This document shows, one piece after another, positions 35,214 to 42,864 of a stretch of 64,000 nt of DNA (positions are counted from its first letter, which is position 1; each line of letters begins with the position of its first letter). The notes under the pieces were generated by a model, which did no database searches, was not told the DNA's origin, and worked only from the letters and a program-made list of their open reading frames with translations. This stretch comes from an uncultured Christensenella sp. (lineage in GTDB: Bacteria > Bacillota > Clostridia > Christensenellales > UBA1242), in assembly GCA_910584295.1 (NCBI GenBank), contig CAJTYR010000004.1, forward strand, positions 41,496 to 105,495, read 5' to 3'. The translations under genes and the position numbers were made by a program.

Positions 35214-36743
35214 ATGGAAGAAAAAAAACACAAATTGGGTGTAAGTGCCTTGGTTTTGGTCATTGGTGGGCTTGTTTGCAAGTGTTTGGGTGCACTTTTC
35301 AGGCTTCCACTGACAAACTTGCTGGGAATTGAGGGTATTGGAGTTTTTCAGCTTATCATGTCCCTTTATTCCTTTTCTTTGGTTGTGACTTGTGGCGGTG
35401 TGGCGTCAAGTTTGTCAAAACTTATAAGTTCGGCAAGGGCAAGAGGAGAGCATGCAAAAATTTCGACATATTTGCAAAGATCGATTTTTCTTTCTGTCTT
35501 AATTGGGCTTATTATTGGTGCTTTATTTTTCTTTTGTGGCAAGTGGATTGCTTCTTTTCAAGGGATATCTTCAGGGAGTGGATATTTTCTCTTTGTTGCG
35601 CTTTTGCCGTTGGGTGGGTTGCTCGCTGTTTTTCGAGGCTTTTTTCAAGGCTATGAAAATATGTTGCCAACTGCAATAAGTCAAATCTTTGAGCAGGTTG
35701 CCAAATTTGGCTTTGGACTTTTGTTTGCTTTTTATTTTGGAAAACACGGCTTGAGTCAAGGTGTCTTTGGGGCATTTTTGGGGATTGTTATAAGTGAAGT
35801 TGTTGCATTTTTATTCTTATATGTCTTTTACCTTTTCAAAAGGGGTGATGTGCAAAAGTTGCAAGATTTAAGGCAAATTAAGTTTGTGCGAGGAGAATTT
35901 GACAGAGCGAATTTTTTGCTTATGCTCTCTGCCAGCATTTTGCCGCTTGTCAATGCATTTGATGCTTTGGTGATTGTTCCAAGGCTTGTGGATGCGGGCT
36001 TTTCAAGTGGTCTTTCTACAAAGATGTTTGGACTTCAAAGTGGGATTGCTGGAGCATTTTTAAATTTTCCTCTGGTCATTTCAGTCGCTGTGGCGACAAC
36101 GCTTTTGCCAAACATATCCTATCTGATTTCAAAAGGAGTGAAAGCAAGGCATGTGGTGGAAAAAGGGGTTAAAATTTTGATGTTTTTGGTCTTGCCAACA
36201 ACTTTTGGTCTTGTTGCAATTTCAAAACAAGTTTTACCACTTGTCTATAATGATCTGACAGGTCGTATGCTTGAATTGGTTTTTGAATTTATGCTTTATG
36301 GTGCATTTTCAATTGTTTTCACTGCCTTTATGCAATATTTCATCATGCTGTTGCAAGCTAATGGAGATTTTAAGTATATTGTTGTAATCACTGCAATTGG
36401 CGGCGTGGTGAAAGGTCTTACGACAGTTGTTCTTGCAGGGTTTCCACAAATAAATGTTTTTGCTTTGGTTTTGGGGAATATTTTGATGTCGGCCGTGATT
36501 TGTGTGTCTGCGTTGGTGAGGCTTAAAAAGATTTTCGGATTCAATCTCAAATTTTTGGATGTTTTGCTTATGGTGTTGGGTACGGCAGTTATGACGCTTG
36601 CGGTGTACACTTTTGCGGAAAAGACGTATTTCTCTGTTTTTGTCAATGTTGCTCTTGCAATTGTGATTGGGGTGCTTGTTTATGCTGTGTTTTGCGCGCC
36701 AGTGCTTTATCATATTTTAAAAAAGAAAAAAAATGCTGTTTAA
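35214..36743 (+). CDS. MOP-superfamily flippase (SpoVB/MurJ-like polysaccharide biosynthesis protein)
   Basis: About 14 predicted TM segments. N-terminus LVCKCLGALFRLPLTNLLGIEGIGVFQLIMSLYSF matches the SpoVB/MurJ-family pattern. GAGG SD before ATG 35214. Confidence 0.85.
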   Translation: MEEKKHKLGVSALVLVIGGLVCKCLGALFRLPLTNLLGIEGIGVFQLIMSLYSFSLVVTCGGVASSLSKLISSARARGEHAKISTYLQRSIFLSVLIGLIIGALFFFCGKWIASFQGISSGSGYFLFVALLPLGGLLAVFRGFFQGYENMLPTAISQIFEQVAKFGFGLLFAFYFGKHGLSQGVFGAFLGIVISEVVAFLFLYVFYLFKRGDVQKLQDLRQIKFVRGEFDRANFLLMLSASILPLVNAFDALVIVPRLVDAGFSSGLSTKMFGLQSGIAGAFLNFPLVISVAVATTLLPNISYLISKGVKARHVVEKGVKILMFLVLPTTFGLVAISKQVLPLVYNDLTGRMLELVFEFMLYGAFSIVFTAFMQYFIMLLQANGDFKYIVVITAIGGVVKGLTTVVLAGFPQINVFALVLGNILMSAVICVSALVRLKKIFGFNLKFLDVLLMVLGTAVMTLAVYTFAEKTYFSVFVNVALAIVIGVLVYAVFCAPVLYHILKKKKNAV

Positions 36744-36785
36744 TTGTTGCTTAAAAGTGCAATATTGCTTTTGGAGGAAAAAGAT

Positions 36786-37058
36786 ATGAATAAATCACAA
36801 TTTGTAGAAATTTTGGCAAAAAGGACAAGCCTTTCAAAGAGCAAATGCAGTCTGGTTATCGACCAGATGCGTGATGCCATTTTGGACATTTGTTCAAAAG
36901 GCGGAGATGTCAGCATAAGAAATTTTGGGAAGTTTTCTTTGCAAGAAAAAAAGTCTCGAAAGTTTTTAAATCCACAAACAAAACGATATTATTTTTGCAA
37001 GCCAAAGAAAGTTGTCTCTTTCAAAAGTTTTGACAACTTCAAATATGCAATAAATTGA
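36786..37058 (+). CDS. hup: HU family DNA-binding protein
   Basis: 90 aa, MNKSQFVEILAKRTSLSKSKCSLVIDQM...FGKFSLQEKKSRKFLNPQTK pattern. GGAGG SD. Confidence 0.9.
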   Translation: MNKSQFVEILAKRTSLSKSKCSLVIDQMRDAILDICSKGGDVSIRNFGKFSLQEKKSRKFLNPQTKRYYFCKPKKVVSFKSFDNFKYAIN

Positions 37059-37078
37059 TTGTGGCAAAGTTTCAAACG

Positions 37079-37110
37079 GCAAGAGGTGAAGTCTTGCTGT
37101 TTTCTTTTGT
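37079..37110 (+). terminator. terminator after hup
   Basis: GCAAGA (37079-84), 7-nt loop, TCTTGC (37092-97), followed by a T-rich tract. Confidence 0.6.
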
Positions 37111-37134
37111 TTTCTTTTGATTTTGTGTTAAGAT
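37107..37134 (+). promoter_or_regulatory. promoter of dus placed for a leaderless transcript
   Basis: Weak -35 TTGTTT (37107-12), 16 nt, extended -10 TGt-TAAGAT (37126-34), then exactly 6 nt (atcttt) to ATG 37141. No SD. Confidence 0.45.
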
Positions 37135-37140
37135 ATCTTT

Positions 37141-38088
37141 ATGAAAATAAAGACACTTGATTTTTCAGAAAGTCCGATTTTGCTTGCACCAATGGCTGGA
37201 GTGACTGATGTTGGGTTTAGAAACCTTGCATCTTCTTTTGGTGCGGATGCAACAGTGACAGAAATGCTTTCAGCAAGAGCAATGGAGCATAATCCCAAAA
37301 AGACCGCTTTCATGACTTTGACCACTGCTGCGGAAAAGATTAAGATTGCTCAAATCTTTGGACATGAGTCGGACTTTATGGCACGGGCAACAAAAAGTCA
37401 ACTTCTTGAAAAGTTTGACTCATTCGACATCAATATGGGCTGTCCAGCACCAAAAATTGTCAAAAATGGAGAAGGGTCAGCCCTTATGGACAATCTTGTG
37501 CTTGCAAGTGAAATTATTTCGGCTGTGAAAAAATCCACTGACAAACCAGTTTCAGTGAAGTTTAGAAAAGGAAGAAGCAAAGAGAACTTTTTGGAGTTTG
37601 CTCGCATGTGTGAAGAAAGTGGTGCGGATTTTGTCACTTTTCATGCAAGGACTGTGGAGCAAGGGTATTCTGGAAAAGCTGATTATGATGCAATTGCAAA
37701 GGTGAAGGCGTCTTTGAAAATACCTGTCATTGGAAATGGAGATGTGGTTGATAAAAAAAGTTTCATTTTGATGAAGGAGACTGGTGTTGATGGCGTCATG
37801 GTGGGAAGAGGAGCGATGGGCAAGCCTTGGATTTTCTCAGAACTTAAAGAAACAAGCCTGAAAGTGGATAGGTTTGAGGTTGTCAAAAAACATATTGAAA
37901 TCTTGAGAGAAAACTTTGAAGAGGACTGGCTTAAGCTTTATATAAGAAAGCATCTTTTGTGGTACGCGAGTGATCTTCCAATGAGTGCTAGTCTGCGGTT
38001 GAGACTTGCCACATGCGATGACATTGATGCATGTCTTGAAATTTTGAAAAATGCTTTTTCACAAAATTCAGGGAATTTTTTTGATTGA
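37141..38088 (+). CDS. dus: tRNA-dihydrouridine synthase
   Basis: LAPMAGVTDVGFR, INMGCPAPK, and TFHARTVEQGYSGKADY motifs. 315 aa. Confidence 0.92.
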   Translation: MKIKTLDFSESPILLAPMAGVTDVGFRNLASSFGADATVTEMLSARAMEHNPKKTAFMTLTTAAEKIKIAQIFGHESDFMARATKSQLLEKFDSFDINMGCPAPKIVKNGEGSALMDNLVLASEIISAVKKSTDKPVSVKFRKGRSKENFLEFARMCEESGADFVTFHARTVEQGYSGKADYDAIAKVKASLKIPVIGNGDVVDKKSFILMKETGVDGVMVGRGAMGKPWIFSELKETSLKVDRFEVVKKHIEILRENFEEDWLKLYIRKHLLWYASDLPMSASLRLRLATCDDIDACLEILKNAFSQNSGNFFD

Positions 38089-38142
38089 AAATGTTTTGAA
38101 TTATGATTGAAATGTTGTAAACTTAAGAAAAGGGTTGAAGGA

Positions 38143-39309
38143 ATGAAAAAGACGATAAGAGACATGAAAGATTTAAAAGGAAAAAGGGTTCTTCTTCGTT
38201 GTGATTTCAATGTGCCTCTTGACAATTATGGAGACATTTTGGATGACACAAGAATTTCAGCGGAGATCCCAACCATAAAATATTTGGCTGACCATGGAGC
38301 AAAAGTGATTGTTTGCTCGCATTTGGGCAGACCAAAAAGCAGTTATGACAAATATTTGTCCCTCTTTCCAGTTGCAGTTTATCTTATGAAAGTTTTTCCA
38401 AACAGAGTGAAGTTTTCAAGATCTCCTGCTGGAAAAGAGGCGGAAGCCGAGGTCGCAAAACTCAAAGAGGGGGAAATTTTGCTTCTTGAGAATGTTCGTT
38501 TTCTTGAGGGGGAGGAGATAAACAATCCAAAAGTTGTTCAAGAACTTTGCAAACTTGCCGACATCTATGTCAATGATGCTTTTGGCGTAACTCACAGAAA
38601 ACATGCTTCAACTTATGGCGTTGCAGTGAAATTGCCAAACGCAATTGGCTTTTTGGTGGAAAAGGAACTCAATGTTTTTGAAAATGCTTTTAAATCACCA
38701 AAGCATCCATTTGTTGCCATTTTTGGTGGAGCAAAAGTTGATGATAAAATCAATCTGATTAACAATGTGATGGACAAAGCTGACACAATCATCATTGGTG
38801 GCGGAATGGCATATACCTTTTTGCAAGCGCAAGGAAAGAAAATTGGAAAGTCAATTGTTTCTCTTGACAAAGTTGATGACGCTCAAGCAATTTTGGATGC
38901 TGCAAAAGCGAAAGGTATAAAGATTATGCTTCCTGTCGACCATGTGGTGTTGGATGGAGATAAAGTTGTTAAAACTCAAAAGCTTGATGGAAATATGGTT
39001 GGGCTTGACATAGGAAATGCCAGCATAAAACTGTTTACGAAAGAAATTTTGAATGCTCGACAGATTGTTTGGAATGGACCTGTTGGAAAGTATGAAGATG
39101 CAAGATTTAAAAAAGGCACAATGAAAATTGCAAAGGCAGTTGCAAAAGCTGATGCATATTCAATAGTAGGTGGTGGTGACAGTGTGAGTGCTGTCAAAGC
39201 AAGTGGATTCGCGGATCGCATAGGACATTTGTCAACTGGCGGTGGTGCCAGCATGAAACTTATGGAAGGAAAGCCTCTTCCAGCCATTGAAATCATTGAC
39301 AACAAATAA
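38143..39309 (+). CDS. pgk: phosphoglycerate kinase
   Basis: MKKTIRDMKDLKGKRVLLRCDFNVPL N-terminus and C-terminal STGGGASMKLMEGK. Start set at the ATG matching canonical PGK N-termini. Confidence 0.95.
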   Translation: MKKTIRDMKDLKGKRVLLRCDFNVPLDNYGDILDDTRISAEIPTIKYLADHGAKVIVCSHLGRPKSSYDKYLSLFPVAVYLMKVFPNRVKFSRSPAGKEAEAEVAKLKEGEILLLENVRFLEGEEINNPKVVQELCKLADIYVNDAFGVTHRKHASTYGVAVKLPNAIGFLVEKELNVFENAFKSPKHPFVAIFGGAKVDDKINLINNVMDKADTIIIGGGMAYTFLQAQGKKIGKSIVSLDKVDDAQAILDAAKAKGIKIMLPVDHVVLDGDKVVKTQKLDGNMVGLDIGNASIKLFTKEILNARQIVWNGPVGKYEDARFKKGTMKIAKAVAKADAYSIVGGGDSVSAVKASGFADRIGHLSTGGGASMKLMEGKPLPAIEIIDNK

Positions 39310-39399
39310 ACTTTGTGAGGTCAACAAAAGAAAAAGGTAGGCATCGAATTTTTTAAATGATTGAAGTCTATCAGTTGTGAAAATTTGTGTGGAGGATAT

Positions 39400-40149
39400 A
39401 TGAAAAAACTTATCATTGGAAATCTAAAGATGAACTCAACTCCAAGTGAGTTTAAATCTTATGCCATGACCATTGCCACAAAAACAAAAGGAACCAAAAA
39501 CACGATTGTGATTTGCCCACCTTTCACTCATCTTTCTGTTGCAAAGGAGATTTTGTCTGGAAGCAAGGTTGAATATGGCGCACAAAATATCTCGGAAGAA
39601 GAGAGTGGTGCTTTAACTGGTGAAATAAGCGCAAAAATGATAAAAGATTTGGGCGCTGATTATGTGATTGTGGGACACTCTGAAAGAAGACAAAAATTTA
39701 AAGAAACTGACAAAACCATAAACAAGAAAATCAAAACTGCACTTGCAAACGGACTTAAAGTTGTGCTGTGCGTCGGAGAAACATTGCAGACGAGGACAAA
39801 CAAGCAGGCTTGCACTTTTGTGAGAAAGCAGATTGATGACGACCTTAAAGGGATTTATGAAAACGAACTTGAAAGCGTTGTAATTGCATATGAACCAATT
39901 TGGGCAATAGGCTCTGGCAAAAATGTCACAGCAAAAGATGTTCAAAAAATGGTGGAGGCAATCAGAAAAGAGATTGAATATCTCTATTCAGTGAAAGCCA
40001 GTAAAAATGTTTCTGTCATCTATGGCGGTGGTGTGACTCTCACAAATTATAAGAAGCTGATTTCGCTTGAATTTTTGAATGGTGCTCTTATTGGTGGCAC
40101 ATGTTTGGATGTTGACAATTTTGTTGTCATAGCAAAAGAAAATTATTGA
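39400..40149 (+). CDS. tpiA: triose-phosphate isomerase
   Basis: IIGNLKMN, VGHSERR and AYEPIWAIGSG motifs. GGAGG SD before ATG 39400. Confidence 0.95.
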   Translation: MKKLIIGNLKMNSTPSEFKSYAMTIATKTKGTKNTIVICPPFTHLSVAKEILSGSKVEYGAQNISEEESGALTGEISAKMIKDLGADYVIVGHSERRQKFKETDKTINKKIKTALANGLKVVLCVGETLQTRTNKQACTFVRKQIDDDLKGIYENELESVVIAYEPIWAIGSGKNVTAKDVQKMVEAIRKEIEYLYSVKASKNVSVIYGGGVTLTNYKKLISLEFLNGALIGGTCLDVDNFVVIAKENY

Positions 40150-40157
40150 TTGGAGAA

Positions 40158-41264
40158 ATGATGAATCATATTGCACTTTACAGAAAATATAGACCAAAAA
40201 GTTTTGAAGAGGTGATTGGACAGGATCACATCACAAAAACTCTTCAAAACCAAATAAGTAGTGACCAAATCGGACACGCTTATCTTTTCACAGGCTCTCG
40301 TGGAACGGGAAAAACAAGTGTTGCAAAAATCTTTGCAAAAGCTGTAAATTGCTTAAGCCCTGTGAGGGGCTCGGCGTGTGGGCAATGTGAAAACTGCAAA
40401 AGACTTGAACAAGAAAATGATATAAACATCATCGAAATCGACGCTGCGTCAAACAACAAAGTTGACGATATCAGAGAAATAAGAGACAAGGTTAAATTCA
40501 TGCCTGTTGGGGCAAAATATAAAGTTTACATCATTGACGAAGTGCATATGCTTTCAGACAGTGCATTTAATGCTCTTTTGAAAACCTTGGAAGAACCTCC
40601 AGCCTATATCATTTTTATTTTGGCGACCACAGAGGTTCATAAGTTGCCACAGACAATTTTGTCAAGGTGTGTGCGTTTTGATTTCAGACTTGTTTCAACT
40701 GACAACTTGACAAAACTTCTTGCAAGAGTATTTGACAAAGAAAATGTCAAATATGATGAAGAGAGTTTGAAAATCATCGCAAATGCAGGTGAAGGAAGTG
40801 TGAGAGATACTCTATCAATTGCTGACTCAATCTGCTCTTTCTGTCAAGGCGAAATAACAAAAGAGAAGACACTTTCAGTTTTGGGAACAACCGACCATGA
40901 TCTTATTTTGGGTTTCTTTGACAAATTGAAAGAAAAAGATACTGGGGAAGTTCTTTCGCTTATTGATAAAATTGAGAAAGAAGGTAAAAATCTGGCTGTG
41001 TTTGCAAAAGACCTTTCAAAACACTCAAGAAATTTGCTTGTTTGTAAGTCTTGTGAAAATGCAAATGAAATCTTAAACCTCACGGACGATGTCTTTGAAA
41101 AGTATAAAGACCAAGCCGAAAAATTTGAAGAAAGAGATTTGATAAGATATATGCAAGTTTTTTCAGGAGCAGAAAGCGAATTGCGATACACTCTTTCAGT
41201 CAGACTCCTTTTGGAGACCACTTGTCTCTCGGCAATGTTGGGCTTTGATGTAAAAAAAAACTGA
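40158..41264 (+). CDS. dnaX: DNA polymerase III subunit gamma/tau, domains I-III only (0-frame product)
   Basis: GSRGTGKTS Walker A, IIDEVHML, LKTLEEPP and LSRC motifs. The frame ends ..GFDVKKN-TGA immediately after an A9 tract. About 368 aa, versus the >500 aa usual in Bacillota (from memory). Confidence 0.92.
   Translation: MMNHIALYRKYRPKSFEEVIGQDHITKTLQNQISSDQIGHAYLFTGSRGTGKTSVAKIFAKAVNCLSPVRGSACGQCENCKRLEQENDINIIEIDAASNNKVDDIREIRDKVKFMPVGAKYKVYIIDEVHMLSDSAFNALLKTLEEPPAYIIFILATTEVHKLPQTILSRCVRFDFRLVSTDNLTKLLARVFDKENVKYDEESLKIIANAGEGSVRDTLSIADSICSFCQGEITKEKTLSVLGTTDHDLILGFFDKLKEKDTGEVLSLIDKIEKEGKNLAVFAKDLSKHSRNLLVCKSCENANEILNLTDDVFEKYKDQAEKFEERDLIRYMQVFSGAESELRYTLSVRLLLETTCLSAMLGFDVKKN
41252..41260 (+). 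other. A9 homopolymer: candidate -1 frameshift or transcriptional-slippage site in dnaX
   Basis: GTA AAA AAA AAC TGA in the 0 frame. The -1 frame is open from 41249 and runs into the ATG at 41279. Confidence 0.5.
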
Positions 41265-41278
41265 AAATTGAGAAAGAT

Positions 41279-41593
41279 ATGACAAAAGTCACAGCAAACA
41301 ATGTTTGGGGAAAAGTTGTGCTTTATCTTAAGGAGCATAAAAAGGTTGCACTTCATGTGGCATGTGGGGACATCACAAATGCACAGATTGAAGCTGACAA
41401 ACTTGTCATTCGCTCTAGTGATGACTTTCTGATTGACATTCTTGAAAATGGAAGAAGAGACATCGAGACTGCCATTCGTTGGCAAGGACTTGAACTTAAA
41501 TTTGAAGTGATTAAGTTTGAAAGCAGTGAGCAAAAAATAAACAAAGACATCAAAAAACTTAAAAATTTTTTCAAAAAGATTGAGATTGACTAA
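41279..41593 (+). CDS. DnaX C-terminal-domain-like ORF (in the -1 frame relative to dnaX)
   Basis: 104 aa. W..V...L......L...........I....L.I......F.........IE.A pattern recalls the C-terminal domain of Bacillota DnaX/tau. Only a weak SD (GAGAAAG). Confidence 0.6.
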   Translation: MTKVTANNVWGKVVLYLKEHKKVALHVACGDITNAQIEADKLVIRSSDDFLIDILENGRRDIETAIRWQGLELKFEVIKFESSEQKINKDIKKLKNFFKKIEID

Positions 41594-41715
41594 CTTTTCC
41601 TTTGGAGAAAAGAAAAGTTAGCAAAAGAAAATCGATAAAAACTTGATTTTAGAAATAAAAAAACAAAGAAAAACAATACAATATAAAGGGGCAAAAAGCC
41701 TAAAGGAGAATTGAT

Positions 41716-42033
41716 ATGGGATACGGATTTGGTGGTTTCGGTGGAGGAAACAACATGCAGGCGCTTATGCGTCAAGCACAAAAAATGCAAGAGGACATGA
41801 GACGCATTCGTGAAGAAATTGATGGCACGGAATATACTTCTTCAGTTGGTGGTGGAATGGTTGAGGTCACGCTTTATGGAAACAAAACTGTTAAAGGTGT
41901 GAAGATCAAACCAGAGGTGGTTGACCCAGAAGATGTTGAAATGCTTGAAGATTTGGTGGCTTCTGCCATCGGTGATGCGCTTAGCAAAATTGCCGAGGAC
42001 GAGAAAAACAAATTGCCAAATTTGGGGATGTAG
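41716..42033 (+). CDS. ybaB: nucleoid-associated protein YbaB/EbfC
   Basis: MQALMRQAQKMQEDM...GGGMVEVTLYGNKTVKGVKI pattern. AAGGAG SD. Conserved dnaX-ybaB-recR order. Confidence 0.9.
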   Translation: MGYGFGGFGGGNNMQALMRQAQKMQEDMRRIREEIDGTEYTSSVGGGMVEVTLYGNKTVKGVKIKPEVVDPEDVEMLEDLVASAIGDALSKIAEDEKNKLPNLGM

Positions 42034-42139
42034 GACTATGCCGATGTATGGATGGCTTTGCATTGCTGGTGTCTGCGCCTTTTTGTTTGAAAAACTTGTC
42101 TCAAGATGGTGAGAAAGAAAATTAAATGGAAAAAATGCT

Positions 42140-42733
42140 ATGAGTGAATTTGAAGAGCCTATTGAAAAATTGATTGAATATTTTAGATCATTGCCAAGTG
42201 TTGGAAAGAAAACTGCTCAACGCTATGCTTTTTCCATTCTTGAAGGAAGCAAGGAAAAGGCTGAAAATTTTGCTCGTGCCATTGTTGAAGTGAAAGAAAA
42301 AGTTAAACTTTGCAGTGTTTGTGGGAATTATTCCGCAAGCGATGTATGTCCAATCTGCCAAAGACGAAATAGAAAAGTGGTTTGTGTTGTTCAAGAGCCA
42401 AAAGATGTTGTGTCTATGGAAAAAATCAAAAGTTTCGATGGTGTTTATCATGTGCTTTTTGGATGCATCAATCCGCTTGAAGGAAAGGGACCAAATGACA
42501 TACGCATCAAAGAGCTTCTTTCTCGTGTGGGCAAAGATGGTGTGGAAGAAGTGATTATGGCGACAAATCCAGATGTTGAGGGGGAAGCCACAGCAATGTA
42601 TATTGCAAAAGTACTTAAGCCTCTTGGTGTGAAAGTGACAAGGCTTGCTCAAGGAATATCAATGGGTAGTGATATTGAGTTTGCAGATGAAATCACACTT
42701 GAAAAAGCGCTCAGGGCAAGACAAGAAATATAG
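42140..42733 (+). CDS. recR: recombination protein RecR
   Basis: LPSVGKKTAQRYAF helix-hairpin-helix, Cys4 finger CSVCGNYSASDVCPIC, Toprim region. 197 aa. Confidence 0.93.
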   Translation: MSEFEEPIEKLIEYFRSLPSVGKKTAQRYAFSILEGSKEKAENFARAIVEVKEKVKLCSVCGNYSASDVCPICQRRNRKVVCVVQEPKDVVSMEKIKSFDGVYHVLFGCINPLEGKGPNDIRIKELLSRVGKDGVEEVIMATNPDVEGEATAMYIAKVLKPLGVKVTRLAQGISMGSDIEFADEITLEKALRARQEI

Positions 42734-42753
42734 AGGCGTTGCCTCTTTTTTTA
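42732..42753 (+). terminator. rho-independent terminator after recR
   Basis: AGAGGC-gtt-GCCTCT followed by TTTTTT. Confidence 0.8.
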
Positions 42754-42864
42754 TTGATTTCTTTGAAAAGAAAATTACTAAAAAAATTAAAGCGACATTG
42801 TCGCCTTTTGTTGATTATTTTTTTTTCATTTGTTATACTTTTGAATATAGACGGAGAAATAGAT

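Noticed and set aside
40844-41533. 229-codon ORF antisense to dnaX and the downstream ORF. Similar antisense ORFs lie opposite trpS (2285-2890), the ATPase (22596-23389), argS (43198-43734), rplA (47517-38) and the two other giant genes.
   Set aside because: These are shadow ORFs opposite strongly supported genes, with no independent signals.
42739-42864. N-terminal extensions in the ORF track (argS 42739, rpmG 45604, nusG 46234, secE 45835, hup 36744, pgk 38107, tpiA 39361, tetR 29651, HicB-like 45158, 4-TM 61496, murJ-like 35169, DUF1540 32649).
   Set aside because: The extensions run through terminators or promoters, lack an SD, and break the canonical N-termini. Internal ATGs with GGAG-type SDs were used instead.
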